Of a stretch of DNA of 64,000 nt, positions 1-12,893 are shown piece by piece. Below the pieces are notes generated by a model. The model ran no database searches. It was not told the DNA's origin and was given only the letters and a program-made list of their open reading frames with translations. Location of the stretch: the NCBI RefSeq assembly GCF_009914755.1, contig NC_060927.1; one strand, 5' to 3'. The translations under genes were made by a program, and so were the position numbers. Each line of letters opens with the position of its first letter. The stretch's first letter is position 1. This stretch comes from the human T2T-CHM13v2.0 reference genome, Homo sapiens.

Positions 1-420
1 TCTTTACATTTCACAGAACGGAAAAGTGAGGGTCAGATTATCCAAGGAACAGAGCTATTTGCAGAAGACTAGGAATGAAAGCCAGGTCTCCTGGATTCCT
101 ACCTGTACTCTTTCTCCTGATTACAACTGTGTCAAGCTAAGAGGATAATGGTTTAAAACACCAAAGTCACGATGCCAACTTAAGAAAGCCTCAGGTAGCA
201 ATGCGCTGAGGGCTGTCTATTGACTGGGCTCTTTAACAAGTTCACCTGAGACTCTGAACACATCATGCAAAACAGGCTTAGGAGACTCCTCTGGGATGCT
301 GAATTGGAAAACAGAATATAAATTCCGAAAGGACTCTTAATAAGTCACAAAAGTTATTAGAACCCAAAGACTGATGACCAATGCTAACAAGAGTTCATAC
401 AAACTTGGGGTGAGACTTAC

Positions 421-555
421 CGTGTCCCCAATCTTCAGACCCTCACACTTCCTCTGACCAGGATAGGATACCCCATCTTGGCAGGTAGCAGTAAAGAAGA
501 GATTAAGATCCTCAGGCTGATCCCAGACTGACAACTCCACTTTAGACCGGATACT
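421..555 (-). CDS. ITGB5: ITGB5 exon 9 (135 nt): [45 protein letters not shown], hybrid domain
   Basis: Acceptor ttcag|AGT at 555, donor ACG|gtaagt at 421; phase 0/0; contained in ORF 337..618. Confidence 0.97.
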
Positions 556-1244
556 CTGAATGGAGAGAGAAAATGAAGCCCAACCATTTAATAAAGGCTG
601 TGGCTGAGGTGCTCCCACACTGGTTTTCTGAGGCCCACGTGGCTTCCTCTAACTCAGGAATCCCAAGCCAAAGGAAGAGCCAGTGAGCTTGGTTCCCTGG
701 CCCTCCCTCATCCTTTCCCTTCTCTCTGCACTCACACAACATCTTGCTAGACCCAGCCTGAGGTCTCCCTCTGTGAGTTTGGAGAAGTTGATAGTGGTTG
801 ACCTGCCATATGATATTATCTGCTTCAAACGGGTTATGCCCCATCCCCTGCTTGCTTCTCCAGAGCCACCTCTCATCCCCATCCTCGGCTTCAGACACGC
901 AGTTCCTCAATCTTGCAGTGTGTACTCCAGGCTTTGAGCCTTTCCATGTGCCCAGGGCAATGATCCTTTGCACAACGGCTCCTCTCTCTCCTCCTCCTGG
1001 CTGGCTCCTTATCATCCTTCAAAATCAGCTCAGCAGGCACTTTCTCCAGGAATACACCCTGTCATTCACATCCATACCTATCCCCATCAGATGAGGTCCA
1101 TATGCCTGAGTTTGAAACTACATAATGAGAGACTCCAATCTTATGTGTGGATTATATTCTTAAGACAGTGAATCAAACAAAAATCAAGTCAAAATTACCT
1201 ATCAGAATAGAAAAAAAGTAAAGTTTTTTTCTATTATTTCCCAA

Positions 1245-1858
1245 CACTAAGAACATCAAGTGTTGGGAAAGGATGTAGAGCAACTAGGGCTCCCCAACCC
1301 TGCTGGTGGGAGTGAAAATTCATGCAATCCTATAGAAAGCCATTAGGCTATATCTACTAAAGCTTAGGCCAACCTCAGACCTAGCATTCACCCAGGATTA
1401 TATCCAACAGAAGTGTATGCGTCACCAAAAAGACATGGACAAGAATGTTTACAGCAATACTGCTTGTAATAGCTAGAAACTGGAAATTCCTCAGGTGCCT
1501 AGCAAGAGTAGAATGGATTTTTTAAAATTGTAGTATGTTCATATAGTGGAATACCATACAGTAATGAGAAATAATAAAATATGACTACATGTAATAATAT
1601 GGATAAATCTGACAAATATAACATTACTAGAAAGAAGGCAGAGACAAAGGCATATATATTGTATAACTCTATTTATATGAAATTCAAAAACAGGCAAAAT
1701 TAATGGTTGCCCTTGAGGGATTGCGATGGAAGAGGGCAGAATAGGGACTTCTGGGCCTGGCTAATGTTCTGTGTGTTTGGCCTTGGTGCTGGATACTCAG
1801 GTTTATTTAATTTGTGAAAAGTGTGTGAAATTTTCTATACGTCTGTTAGTTTAAAAAA
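1245..1858 (+). mobile_element. Ancient L1M (L1MC/ME-type) 3' fragment
   Basis: Motifs aagtgttgg..aggatgtagagcaactagg, gctggtgggagtgaaaatt, aagaatgtttacagca, atagtggaatac. Confidence 0.75.
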
Positions 1859-1865
1859 TTGTCCT

Positions 1866-2028
1866 TGTGACACATGCCTGTAGCTACTCAGGGGGCTGAG
1901 GCAGGAGGATCGCTTGAGCCCAGGAGTTCAAGGCTGCAATGAGCTATGATCATGCCAGTGCACTCCAGCCTGGGAGACAGAGTGAGATTGTTTCTTAAAA
2001 AAATTAAGAATAATAATAATAATAATAA
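1866..2028 (+). mobile_element. Alu right-arm monomer (FRAM/AluJ) with (AAT)n tail
   Basis: gaggcaggaggatcgcttgagcccaggagttcaaggctgcaatgagctatgatc. Confidence 0.9.
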
Positions 2029-2304
2029 TTTCTTTGAAAATCTCTAAGGAAGATTCCACTTGGGAGACTGAGGCCAAATGAAGTAAGTAGCTTTTATTCA
2101 GAGGTCATATTTTACCAGAAAATTTAAAACAACTGTCTGTTTATACACTCAACACAGAGTATAGCATGATGTACCCATATGAGAGACAAGGACCCCAACA
2201 TCCGCAGACGGCCCTGCGGATTCCCTCTCCCTCCTCGGGTACACTCTAGGGAGTGTGGCTGTTGGAGAGAACAGCAGACAGACTTGCCTCTTGCTCTTGT
2301 GGGT

Positions 2305-2306
2305 TT

Positions 2307-2361
<55 letters not shown>
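2305..2361. repeat. (TTTC)n microsatellite
   Basis: About 14 direct units visible. Confidence 0.97.
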
Positions 2362-4660
2362 CTTTTTTGCTGAGCATATAGTGCTAAAGTTGAATAAGTG
2401 AAATATGTAGTTTTCCAGCAAATTAACAGCTTGTTGAAAATACTTTCTGTAAAAAATAGTCTCTCCCTTTGCAACAAATTATCTAAGTGCTTCTACAACT
2501 CTAAAAATATGATCCGTCTTAAATCCACTTCCCTTTGCAACTTGCCAGCCTTAACTGGCCAAGGGTCACAAAAGCGCCACTCAATACACACAGCACTCTC
2601 CTGCTGCCTGTGATTAGCTATTTGCAGATCTGTCTTCCCTACCATGTTGTGAAGTCCAAGGGCTGTATCATAGATCTCTCTGTGACTTAGTACAATCTGT
2701 CGTTGAATGAATAAACGCATGGATGGGTAGACAGATGAATGATTTAACAGCTATGCTAAGGTCTCAGGCCAAGTAGATGAAAATATTTCTTAAGACAAAT
2801 ATTAAAAAATAAATTTATAACTGTGAATAAGTAGTGGAGGAAATAAAACAGTATTGTAAAAGAGCTGAAGAGTGAAGGCATGTAAAAAAATTACTTGGGA
2901 ACGATAACTTGAAATATGGGGGCCCTGTCGTTCACAAATAAAACTTTGGAAGGAAACACCAGTGCTCCCCAGCAAGATCTGCCCAAGCCGCCACTCGAAA
3001 GCCCCAAGGGAGGATCTGGGAAAAAGCAAGAGGGACTTGGACTCCTACTCTGTGAGTCAGCAACTAAGAATTAGATGGAAATGGACTCTTATGTTCTACT
3101 CAGGCCATAAGCCCCATGTTCTGATATAAAGTTTGTATTATTCCTGCTACCCACAGAGTCTCTGGAATCAGAAACTCTTAAGACATTTCAGGCAGCAGGA
3201 ACCGTGGAGATGATGCAGCCCAAACCTCTCATGTATGGAAGCTGGAGGTCAGGGCAAGGAAAAGGTGGCCTGGGACCACTCTGCTGCACAGGACCGGGTG
3301 CAGGCTTTCTTGACCCACCCCAGGGCTCTTTCTAATCCCCACACCTGATATGCACTTCTTTCTTTGGAAATTGGCTCTCTGTCCACAGATAAGGTAAAAA
3401 ACAAAAATAAAAAAATAAAAAGGAATTTGGCTCTGTGACTTTGGAAAGAGATCATCAGGTTGTATCGTGGTTGTAAGGGTCTCTGCCCCCAAAACTATGA
3501 GTGCTGGAGGGCAGGACTGTGTTTTGCTCACTATTTTATTTCCAAGGTGCAGCATGATCCCTGTCACACATTAGGCTGTTGGTATATATCTGCTGAATAA
3601 GTGAATGGATGGAGTCAAAGTGCAGTTCTTACACATGAAGACTTTTATGTGTGACTCCTAAAATTCCATTAACTCCTACCAGATTCGCCCCTCAAGGTGC
3701 ACTCCTTAGTTCTCCAGTAGGAAACAAGATGATGTTGGGAATGTCAGAAGTGTAAAGGCTATTAAATACTCGGTCAGGTTAGGTCACATCTGCAATTGCT
3801 TTAAGTCGGGCCAGCTGTGGAGTGGGTGGGAGCAGACTTTATGGCAACAACAAAAAGAGAAACATGTGCTCTGCTAGAGAAAAATACACCACAGCTTCTG
3901 AAGTCACCCTCCACATGCAGCTCCAGTGCTTTCCAACTCATTCTGTTCGCTCCCACACTGAAAAGAGGCCTTTCTGGGTGCAACATGAGGCCAGCCCCCT
4001 CTGCACGTGTGGACCCAGGGCTCCACGGCTGAGCTCAGGAGGGGATTCTCTCACCAGCACTTATTACAGAGCAAAGCACCACATTGCCAAACTCCCTTGG
4101 GAAGACTTGGTGATTTCTCACAGTGAAGAATTTGGCACAGCAAGAAAAAATGTATAAATCCAACTTGATTTCACACTCGGAGAGATGTGTACACCAGACT
4201 TGATTCTACAAGACATGAAATTAAACATACCCTTTCCATTTTGCTCCCTCCTCAGCCTGGCCAAATACCACAGCCATTGCATCTGTTACATATGTTCCAA
4301 CCCAAATCTGCTCAGAATGTCCCCACAGATGGTCTGCCAGCACTCTAGGGGAGGTAAAAGCCAACACCCACACTTAGTCATGTGTTGCATGACTCATGAA
4401 ATCCAACACAAACCACTCGGACGGTGAGGTGACAAAAACACAAGCGGTCTGGAGAGAGCTGTGACTGGACTCTGGCCGGATGCGGAGCAGGTGAAAGGAG
4501 AGCAGAGCTGACGAAAACCTCTCCTGCTGCCCCGGCACACCCCACATGGACCAGGGGCCCGTGCTGGGGCTCAAAGTTGGGAAAAGTCCAAGTGCAAGGA
4601 GCTTGAAGCCCAGCCCAGCCTTTCCCGTTGGCCAGGACAGGAGCAAGTAAGATGAGTACT

Positions 4661-5590
4661 TGGAAGGAAAAACCCAAACTGTTTTTCCTACTCTACTCTC
4701 ACACACCACTCAACACAACACTTCTGACACCAGATGTGAGGATTTTTCCCCCACACACCATGCAATTCTCTACTGGACACTGGTTGGTTATCTTCTAATT
4801 CAGCACAATTCTGACACTATCTACCTGGACATAGTGTCAGGTCCCACAGGTGAAGGGCTCAGCCCACAAGACTGCCCCCACCGCAGATGCCAATCACAAG
4901 TACTAGGTTGTCATCTATACTTCCAACTGATCGGCTATAAATTCAAATTCCCATGACCCCTCTCCTTCTTTCATCAATTTGCTAGAATGGCTCACAGAAC
5001 TCAGGGACACAGTTTGTTTACACTTACCCACATATGAATAAGAGATAAAGGCTGCAGATGAACAGCTAGATGAAGAGAAACAGGGCAAGGTGTGTGAGGA
5101 GGGTGCAGAACTTCCCTGTCCTCTCTGGTGCCACTCTCCAGGAACCTGTCCCACAGCTTTCCCAAGGCCCTCCAAATCCAGGCCTTCTGGGTTTTCATGG
5201 AGGCATTGTTACATGGGCATGACTGGTCACATCTCTGGCTACTGGTGATCCACTCAACCTTCAGCCCCTCTCTACCTCCCCAGAGGTCATGGAGTGGGGC
5301 TGAAAGTTCCAACCCTCTAATCACATGGCTGGTTCCCCTGGCAACCAGCCCCCATCCTGAGGCTGTCCAGGAGCACCCCCCAAGAGTCACCTCATTAGAA
5401 CAAAAGATGTTCCTATTACCCAGGAAACTACAATGGTCTTGGAAACTCTGTGTCGGGAACCAGCGTTAAAGACCAAATATAATAACAAAAGATTCTCCTA
5501 GTGTCCTTATCTATAAAGGTTTTAGGGGCTTTATATTAGGAACTAGGGGCAGAGACCTATATATATATCTTATTGTACCACAGTATCACA
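4661..5590 (-). mobile_element. MER21-family solo LTR
   Basis: Minus strand starts TGTGATACTGTGG; internal motifs cttctgacaccagatgtg, aattctgacactatctacctgga, gctagaatggctcacagaactcagg, gggctgaaagttccaaccctctaatcacatgg. Confidence 0.75.
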
Positions 5591-5734
5591 GGTTCTAATC
5601 AACACAGGAAACCAACATACCCCTGACATGGCTTTGACCAACTGAACTTGCTTCAAATATCTTGCAGTTTTACATTTCTATATTTAATATATATATTTTA
5701 AATTTCACCTGAAGGGAGGGGTGGAAGAAGGGAA

Positions 5735-5918
5735 TTATCAAGGGTCACTTTTTGGAGTAATGAACATGTTCAGTATCTCTATGGTGGCGACGGTTTCACA
5801 GGTGTATACCTGTGCCAACACTCATATTATACACTTTAAATCAGTACAGTTTGCTGTATGTTAATTATATGTCAATAAGGCTTTACAATTCTTTTCCAAT
5901 TTAAAAAAAAAAAAAAAA
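5735..5918 (+). mobile_element. Old L1M 3' end with A-tail
   Basis: ggtttcacaggtgtatac..atacactttaaa..tgtatgttaattatatgtcaataa followed by A16. Confidence 0.7.
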
Positions 5919-6170
<252 letters not shown>

Positions 6171-8360
6171 TAATCACTCATTTTTAAAAGTGCTGAGTTT
6201 CAAAGTTCATTCATAAGTCATCAGCTTCATTTCACAACATGTTTACTTACAGGAACCAGTTTAACTCGCAGAATCAAGCAACAGTGCTAGGTTCCCACAG
6301 TTCCTCTGGGAATTCGTGCCAGGTTCCAAAAGCAGCTCCAGCCCAGAACAACTGTTCCCTGTACTCACCCCTGCTCCCCACTCCCCATCAGCAGGGAGGG
6401 ATCCACACTCCTCTCCTGGCCTCTGCCTACCACACAGGGAATGCTTTCCCTTGTCACTCCTTGACCCTGGGTACCTGGATTTCCACTAGGAAAATGAATG
6501 TAGATATATGAGAAATCCTGCTCAGGGCTAAGCACTTATGAGATCCCATGCATGGAACCAATAAGAAAGCCTCCTGCTCCCTGGTTTTCAGCGGTCCCAG
6601 CAGAAGCACAGACACGCAGAACCCACCAGTCACATAGAAGCTGGCTGACCAGTGTGCCTTCCCTGCTGCTGCAAGGCTGCCCAGCCAGGTCTATGGAGCT
6701 GTGCGCCATGATGCCCTCTGATATCAAAGCCGCCAGGAGCAGGGGGCCTGGGCCTTCACCAGCCAATGCTCTTGGGGAGCTCCAGAGCTCTGAATTCAGG
6801 AGGTGGCTGACAATGAAATGCTGACAAGTGGCCCCTCCGCAGAAGCCTTAAAGAGGGACCTCACCCCACTCAACAGAGCCCAGATGAGCTGCTCTTCAGC
6901 CATTTCTTCCCAAAGGCCCTGACTCAGCAGGAGGCAAGCGGTGGCCTCCCTGCCTGTGAGAGTGGGTCCAGCAGCAGTGCACCTTCTGCCCTGTGGGGTC
7001 TCCCAGCTCTGGCATCCTCAGAGGGAAGGGGAGAGTGGCAAGGCAGGGGTTCTGGCTCTTGATTTGGTTCTCTTAGTTCAGTGTCCAGAGATTGAGACCC
7101 AAGCGGCTCACAGCTCACACCAGCTCACCCCAGGAAAGAGGGTGACATTCACAGGCCTGCCCCTCCTTCCCATGCAGGCTCACATCCCAAACCCTCTCTG
7201 GGTGTCGCACTTCAGCAGACCTATTGTGCCCACATAACCAGCTTACGTGTTCCCCCTCTTCCTGAAGTGTAAAGCAAATCACTCACCGTGGAATCTGAAA
7301 GGCACTACGGTGTAAAGTTAATTAGGAAACCCTGTCTCACTGCACTCTGGGTTCTGAAGTGCCTATGGGATCTGGTGAGGCTCTAAGGGCCAGAGAACAG
7401 AAAAGAGGATGTTAGTATGTGGGCAATGGGGTAGGAGAGAAGGAAGTCTTCAGTTTCTCACAATAGGAAGTTCCAGGAGTATCTGAATCTGTGAGAGCAA
7501 GAGGACCCTTGGCTACAACAGGAGATGGGAGCAGTGGGAAGGGGGAAGAAAGGGGGTAAAAACAAGCCAAAAATCCTCACTGCTGCCCACCCGGTTGCCT
7601 TCAGGACACTGAGGCTCCAGGGAACTAAGCGCAGGGCTGGCTACACCCCAAGCCCCAGGGTTCCCCCTAGCTGGGCAGTACTTTGCAACTCAAAACAGGG
7701 CCACATTGGAAGATGGACAAGGCCAACATTGGGAAAGGCCCAGCTCCAAACACTCATTTGTAATCAGTCACTGCTGGGAAGGCAAGATGACTTTTCTCAC
7801 AGATGTGTGATGCCGTACTGATTCGTTAGGTTCCCAGGTTAGCCAGAAAAACCTATTTTACCTAAGTTTAGGATTAATAATGTTACTTAAGCCACACTTA
7901 GTCTGTGTATAACTTAGTTTTAACAGGAAGATGCACTCTGAATGCCAATTTAGAAATTACCTGGCGCCTTGAGCAGGTGGGTAGGCAATGGATGCCATAA
8001 CCATCTTGGGACCCACAAGAGAAGGGATAGCAGAAGGTCCACACTTCCCAACACAAGAGCTCTGCCTGCCGTTTGCCTGACAGAAGGTAGGTCTGAGTCA
8101 AGTACTTTTGGGGTGTTATGAATCGAGGGAAAGGAGGGTAGGAAAGAGAAAGGCTTGGGAGGTGAGTCTGTGGATGCGTGGCTTGGAATGTGAAAGTGAT
8201 TCCTAAACCACATCTATAAGAACTTACACTTATTATATTAGGGCCAATTTCACATGATATGTTACAATAGCACAGAATTTAATAGCCCCATTCACGAACC
8301 CTCTGAAAGGACTTCATTACAATCACATCTTAAGTAGGTAGGCAAAAACATTGATTCTTT

Positions 8361-8516
8361 GGCCAGGCATGATGGCTCATGCCTGTAAAGCCAGCACTTT
8401 GGGAAGCTGAGGTGGGAGGACTGCTTCCAGGAGTTCAAGATCAGACCAACCAGGGCAACATAGTGAGACCTCATCTCTCTATATATATTTTTAAATTAAA
8501 AACAAAAATAAAAAAA
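8361..8516 (+). mobile_element. FLAM / Alu left monomer
   Basis: ggccaggcatgatggctcatgcctgta...gggcaacatagtgagacc plus A-rich tail. Confidence 0.9.
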
Positions 8517-9044
8517 TGGATTGTCGATTCTCCCATGTTAGTCTGCAGCTCTACCCTGAGCTCCTTGAGCCTGAGGGATTCCCGCCCTGCCACTGTGAGG
8601 TGAGCTCAGCATGCGAACTTTTCACTTCTTGCAGTGTGGTCCTGTGGCTGGTGGATGCTCTGCTCCCTCAGGCAGAGAATACGGTGGCAGCGTTAGCCTG
8701 GGCACTGGGTAGGTGGAGAATACCACTGCCTGCCTATGCGAGGTGTCAGAACCTAAGCACTTCCCAGGCCACCAGCCTGAGTCTGAGCCACTCCTTGGCT
8801 CACTGAGATCTGCAGATGAGAGTCAAGATGGCAGAGGTGAGAGGGAGACTCATCAAGCAAGGATGGGTTTCTCCACCCTGACCCTGAGTGAAGCAGGAAG
8901 AAGATACCAAACTCAAGGGGATGGGGGAGCAGAGCCAAGAAGAGCAGCACGGAGAACTGCCCACCTGAGCCCGCGGCAGCTGCAGGGCCTCAGTGGGAGA
9001 GGGTGGAAGGGAGGTGGCAGTGGGGGAAGAAACTGATGACTTAC

Positions 9045-9134
9045 ATTGTATGCATTAATAATCAGTTGAATAATATTTTTGGAGTCTCCATCTAAAATCT
9101 CCACCGTTGTTCCAGGTATCAGGGCTGTAAAATT
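9045..9134 (-). CDS. ITGB5: ITGB5 exon 8 (90 nt): [30 protein letters not shown]
   Basis: Acceptor tttttttcccaag|AAT, donor AAT|gtaagt; phase 0/0. Confidence 0.97.
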
Positions 9135-9902
9135 CTTGGGAAAAAAAGTAAAGAAAAGAAATAAGTTCATTTTGCCCTGCCAACCATCAGAGTGAGCATT
9201 GCTATACTGGGCTAGAACAGTAAAGGCTCCTAGAACCATATCCTGCCACCTTCTCCCACCATGAACTAAAGAAGATCCCACAGGGAAAAGCAAGAAGAAA
9301 TGGCACAGAAGAAGAGTTGCTACAGTACGCCGTGGAATATCCAGCCCTATAGATCCATAGGAAAGGGGCTCACAAGATCTTTCTCTAAAAGATAATGTCT
9401 TGAGACCCCGCCCCTCCCACGGTAACAGACAGCTCTGTAAAAGCCCATCTTCTAAGGTCGACAGCTCCTGACAGTTTCTTGCCATTTCTCCCCCGGTCTC
9501 TGAGGTATTCACAGGTTCAGCTTTCAGGATCTGCTCAATCTGTTCAGAAGGCGTGAAAAGGGCAACTTTTCCAAGGGTCTCAAGTATAGACCCTTTCTTT
9601 AATAGGAAGCTGAGAGAACGAATGGCGCCCTCCCATGGACCTCTGAGGTCCTGTGGCAAAGGGGCAGCCTTGAAGTACCCACCTTTCCTCTTTCATCTGT
9701 ACTAACTCCTGAGTCTTCCACTTCTAACAGTGACAGAGACATCTCCCACCCTCTGCCTGCCTTGGGACTGGATGGGCTTCCTCCCCCAAGCAAGGTGTAT
9801 TTAGCTCTGAGGAAGGATGCTTAAGCCAGTATGGACTTCTTCCCTCTGGAAATATCTGGAAACCCAATACAGTCTGTGCAATTGAGCCCTCTAAAAACAT
9901 AA

Positions 9903-10122
<220 letters not shown>

Positions 10123-10509
10123 TAAACAAAAAAAGAAAAACAATCCTTTTCCCTTGTTTCATCTTCTAACATTGATTTGAACTAAAGGAGGATAAAGAAC
10201 TCAAGAAAATATAAGTGGCATTTTATCAGTGATAATCTCAGGCAGGAGCAATAGAAAAACACAATCAGACAAAGGTTCTTTTGTGGACATTCAAGAGCAA
10301 GAAGGAGAGGGAACTATGGCCAGCTGTTCTGGGGGTGGAGGGTGGAGAGGGATTCCAGATTAAGTTCTCATTGCTTCATCACGTAAAAGAATCTCAGAGA
10401 CGAGTTTACATTTAGCTTACATGAGCACACCGAGGAGATCTGTAATTCAAACTTGGCTCATCTGTGATTGTGAGAAGGAGCACGTTCATGTGGGGAGTTT
10501 TTGAAGATG

Positions 10510-10738
10510 GTCCAGGGTGACCCAGGAACAGTTTCTTTAGACGGAACAGATCCATACCCAGACTGCTCTATTCACTCAGGACACTTATTGGTTTCTTTGG
10601 GAATTCCTGCCCCAGACTAAATGCGGCAGTCCAGGGTGACCCAGGAACAGTTTCTTTAAATGGAACAGATCCATATGCAGACTGCTGTATTCACTCAGGA
10701 CATTTATTGGTTTCTTTGGGAATTTCTGCGCCAGACTA
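10510..10738. repeat. Two-copy direct repeat, 110-bp unit, period 119
   Basis: Copies at 10510-10619 and 10629-10738; 8 substitutions by hand alignment. Confidence 0.95.
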
Positions 10739-11157
10739 GCCCACTGGTCTCCTATAGTCTGCAGGCTCAGGCATAAAGCTCTGGAATACAGAGATTAGTG
10801 ACGTAGCCTGATGAGATGCCTTACTTTTCTTTGTGTGTATCTTCATTTCATTTTATATTTTCCTTCTCTAGTAGAGTGTGCCTCTCTGTTTCCAATTCAT
10901 CACCCAAAAAAATGGGAATTCATGCTATTTTCAAGGTTTTTCTCAGAATCAAATTAGATACTATATGTTCAAATTTCTTGTAAGGTATTCACTGCTATGC
11001 GAATGCTTAATTGTTTCCTCCTATTATTTTCCATTAGATCAAGACTGGGCTATATTCCACCCCTCCTTTGAATTTCCCCCAGATAGGCAGAGTTGTAAAC
11101 ACTCCTCACCACCCACTTCACCCCACAAATCACTAGCCTCCCTCCCTCCCAGCATAC

Positions 11158-11253
11158 CTTGTACAGCATATAATGGTTTTTTGTCACTGCAAAGATGAGG
11201 TTGATGTTGTTCTCTGCCAATTTCTCTCCAAGCAAGGCAAGGGATGGATAGTC
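11158..11253 (-). CDS. ITGB5: ITGB5 exon 7 (96 nt): [32 protein letters not shown]
   Basis: Acceptor ccctag|GAC, donor AAG|gtatgc; phase 0/0; DYPS motif of integrin beta-I domains. Confidence 0.97.
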
Positions 11254-12731
11254 CTAGGGCCAAGGCAAAAGTCAAGGCTATGACATTCCTAACAGGTGTA
11301 GATACCAGCACCTGGCTCCAATGCACAGTCAGCAGCCAGCATTTGCCAGGGAAGCACCTTTTCCTTAGGTGGCCCCTTAGAGTCCCTTAATAACTAAGCC
11401 TTCTTGGTAGCTCCTGAACTAAGGAACTGAGTAGAGGAGACCCTCAAGGAAAGGACCCTCTGGCATTCACCAAACTAGATTCACTCCTCTCACCCCAGAG
11501 TGGAGAGGTGATGAGTGGAGGTTTTCCATATCTTGTCTGTGTCTCCATCCTTTCAGCAGGGAGGGGGACTAGTGGGGACGCCCTAGAGAACAGCCACCAC
11601 ATCCTACCCTCTGTCATCAGTGCCTCTTACCTGTCCTCTCTCCTCTAAGACTTTTCCTCCCTGCCTCCTTGCCCTATTTTCCTTCTCCTATGCCTAAAGC
11701 TTAGGTCTGCCAACATCCCCCACAGGTCCTGCTTCATCCTGCTTGTGGCTCAGACGGGCAGAGGAGGGTGCCGAGCTCTGGACTAAAAGTTGGGCCATGG
11801 GGCAGGGGTGCAGAAAGAGGAAGAAGAGAGGAAGCTAAGAGGCAGTTTAACAGTGTCCTGAGGGATTTTGAGGACTAATGATGGGTACAGGGGCCCGCAT
11901 CTGGTGAGGTCCTACAGTTATAGTCCTTTTTTCAGATTCCATTATTCTTAAACAAGATGGAAGGCTTGGGCACTGACCACCTCTTGAAACTGGAGAAAAT
12001 GGGCTTCTCTAAGGAAGAAAATTGGGAAGAATTCCTCTTTGGCCACCAGAATGGATTTGAGAAAGAAAAGGATGCAGATTTTGGCAGGAAAATTGCACAG
12101 TGAGTATGCAAGATCTTGATCATTGTTGGGTCTGGGTGATGGGCATGTAGGGTTCATTTTACTGGTCTATTATTATATATCTTTGAAATTTTGCACAAAT
12201 TCTTTCAAATTGCATAGTTGTGGTTATAGACTGTTGGGAGTAGATGGTCCTTGGGACCTCTCATTCCATGCAGAACACTTCTGCCCACCACCACTAACAC
12301 TGACAGGCAACTCACCACCTCTGGGAGCCCACGTCTAGAAGTCAGGAAGTCCTGCCCCATAACTTCTATACCAGTTGTGACTTCTGCAGGGGCACAGCAC
12401 CCACCCTCCTTTAAGACACCCTCCCCACTATGAGATCTATCCTGTTTCCCCTAGGCCACCCGTATCCCAACCAAACACTTCCCATTTAGACGCACATTGA
12501 CAGAAAGATGAACCAGCTACAGAAATCCCTGAGAAATGTTGTAAGTCAATTAGGAGTTCCGGAAACCCAGTTGGAGAAGACTGAATAATGAAACCCAACC
12601 CCAAGAAGGGATCAGAAAGCCAGTGAATACTGAGGGCCAGAGGAAGGTTTCAAGGCTGGGCAAGTACTAAGACCACGGGCAGGGTCACAAGAGAGGCAAC
12701 AGGGAGGGGGGATCTGGTTCCCGGCACTCAC

Positions 12732-12893
12732 CATCTGGTTGGATGCAGTGTACTCGTTGGCCTCGTTCAGGTGGCACTGGCCATCGTGTGGCTGCACCAG
12801 GCCTCCCAATTTTCCATCCAATGCGATGTGGGGCACATCATCTGTTGTGAACACCAGCAAATGCAGTGCATCCTTTCGCCAGCCAATCTTCTC
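12732..12893 (-). CDS. ITGB5: ITGB5 exon 6 (162 nt): [54 protein letters not shown]
   Basis: Acceptor cttcag|GAG, donor ATG|gtgagt; phase 0/0; IGWR and DGKLGG integrin-beta motifs. Confidence 0.97.

Noticed and set aside
2124-2477. ORFs containing KKER repeats
   Set aside because: Translation of the (TTTC)n microsatellite
4390-4396. Isolated AP-1 heptamers (also near 8094, 13357, 18321, 24588, 42139, 52169)
   Set aside because: Single 7-mers are expected by chance several times in 64 kb
8913-9659. 248-aa ORF, the longest in the track
   Set aside because: Only the 30 codons of exon 8 are protein-like; the rest is intronic read-through including the polypyrimidine tract. The same holds for 12612..13112 and 32548..33153.
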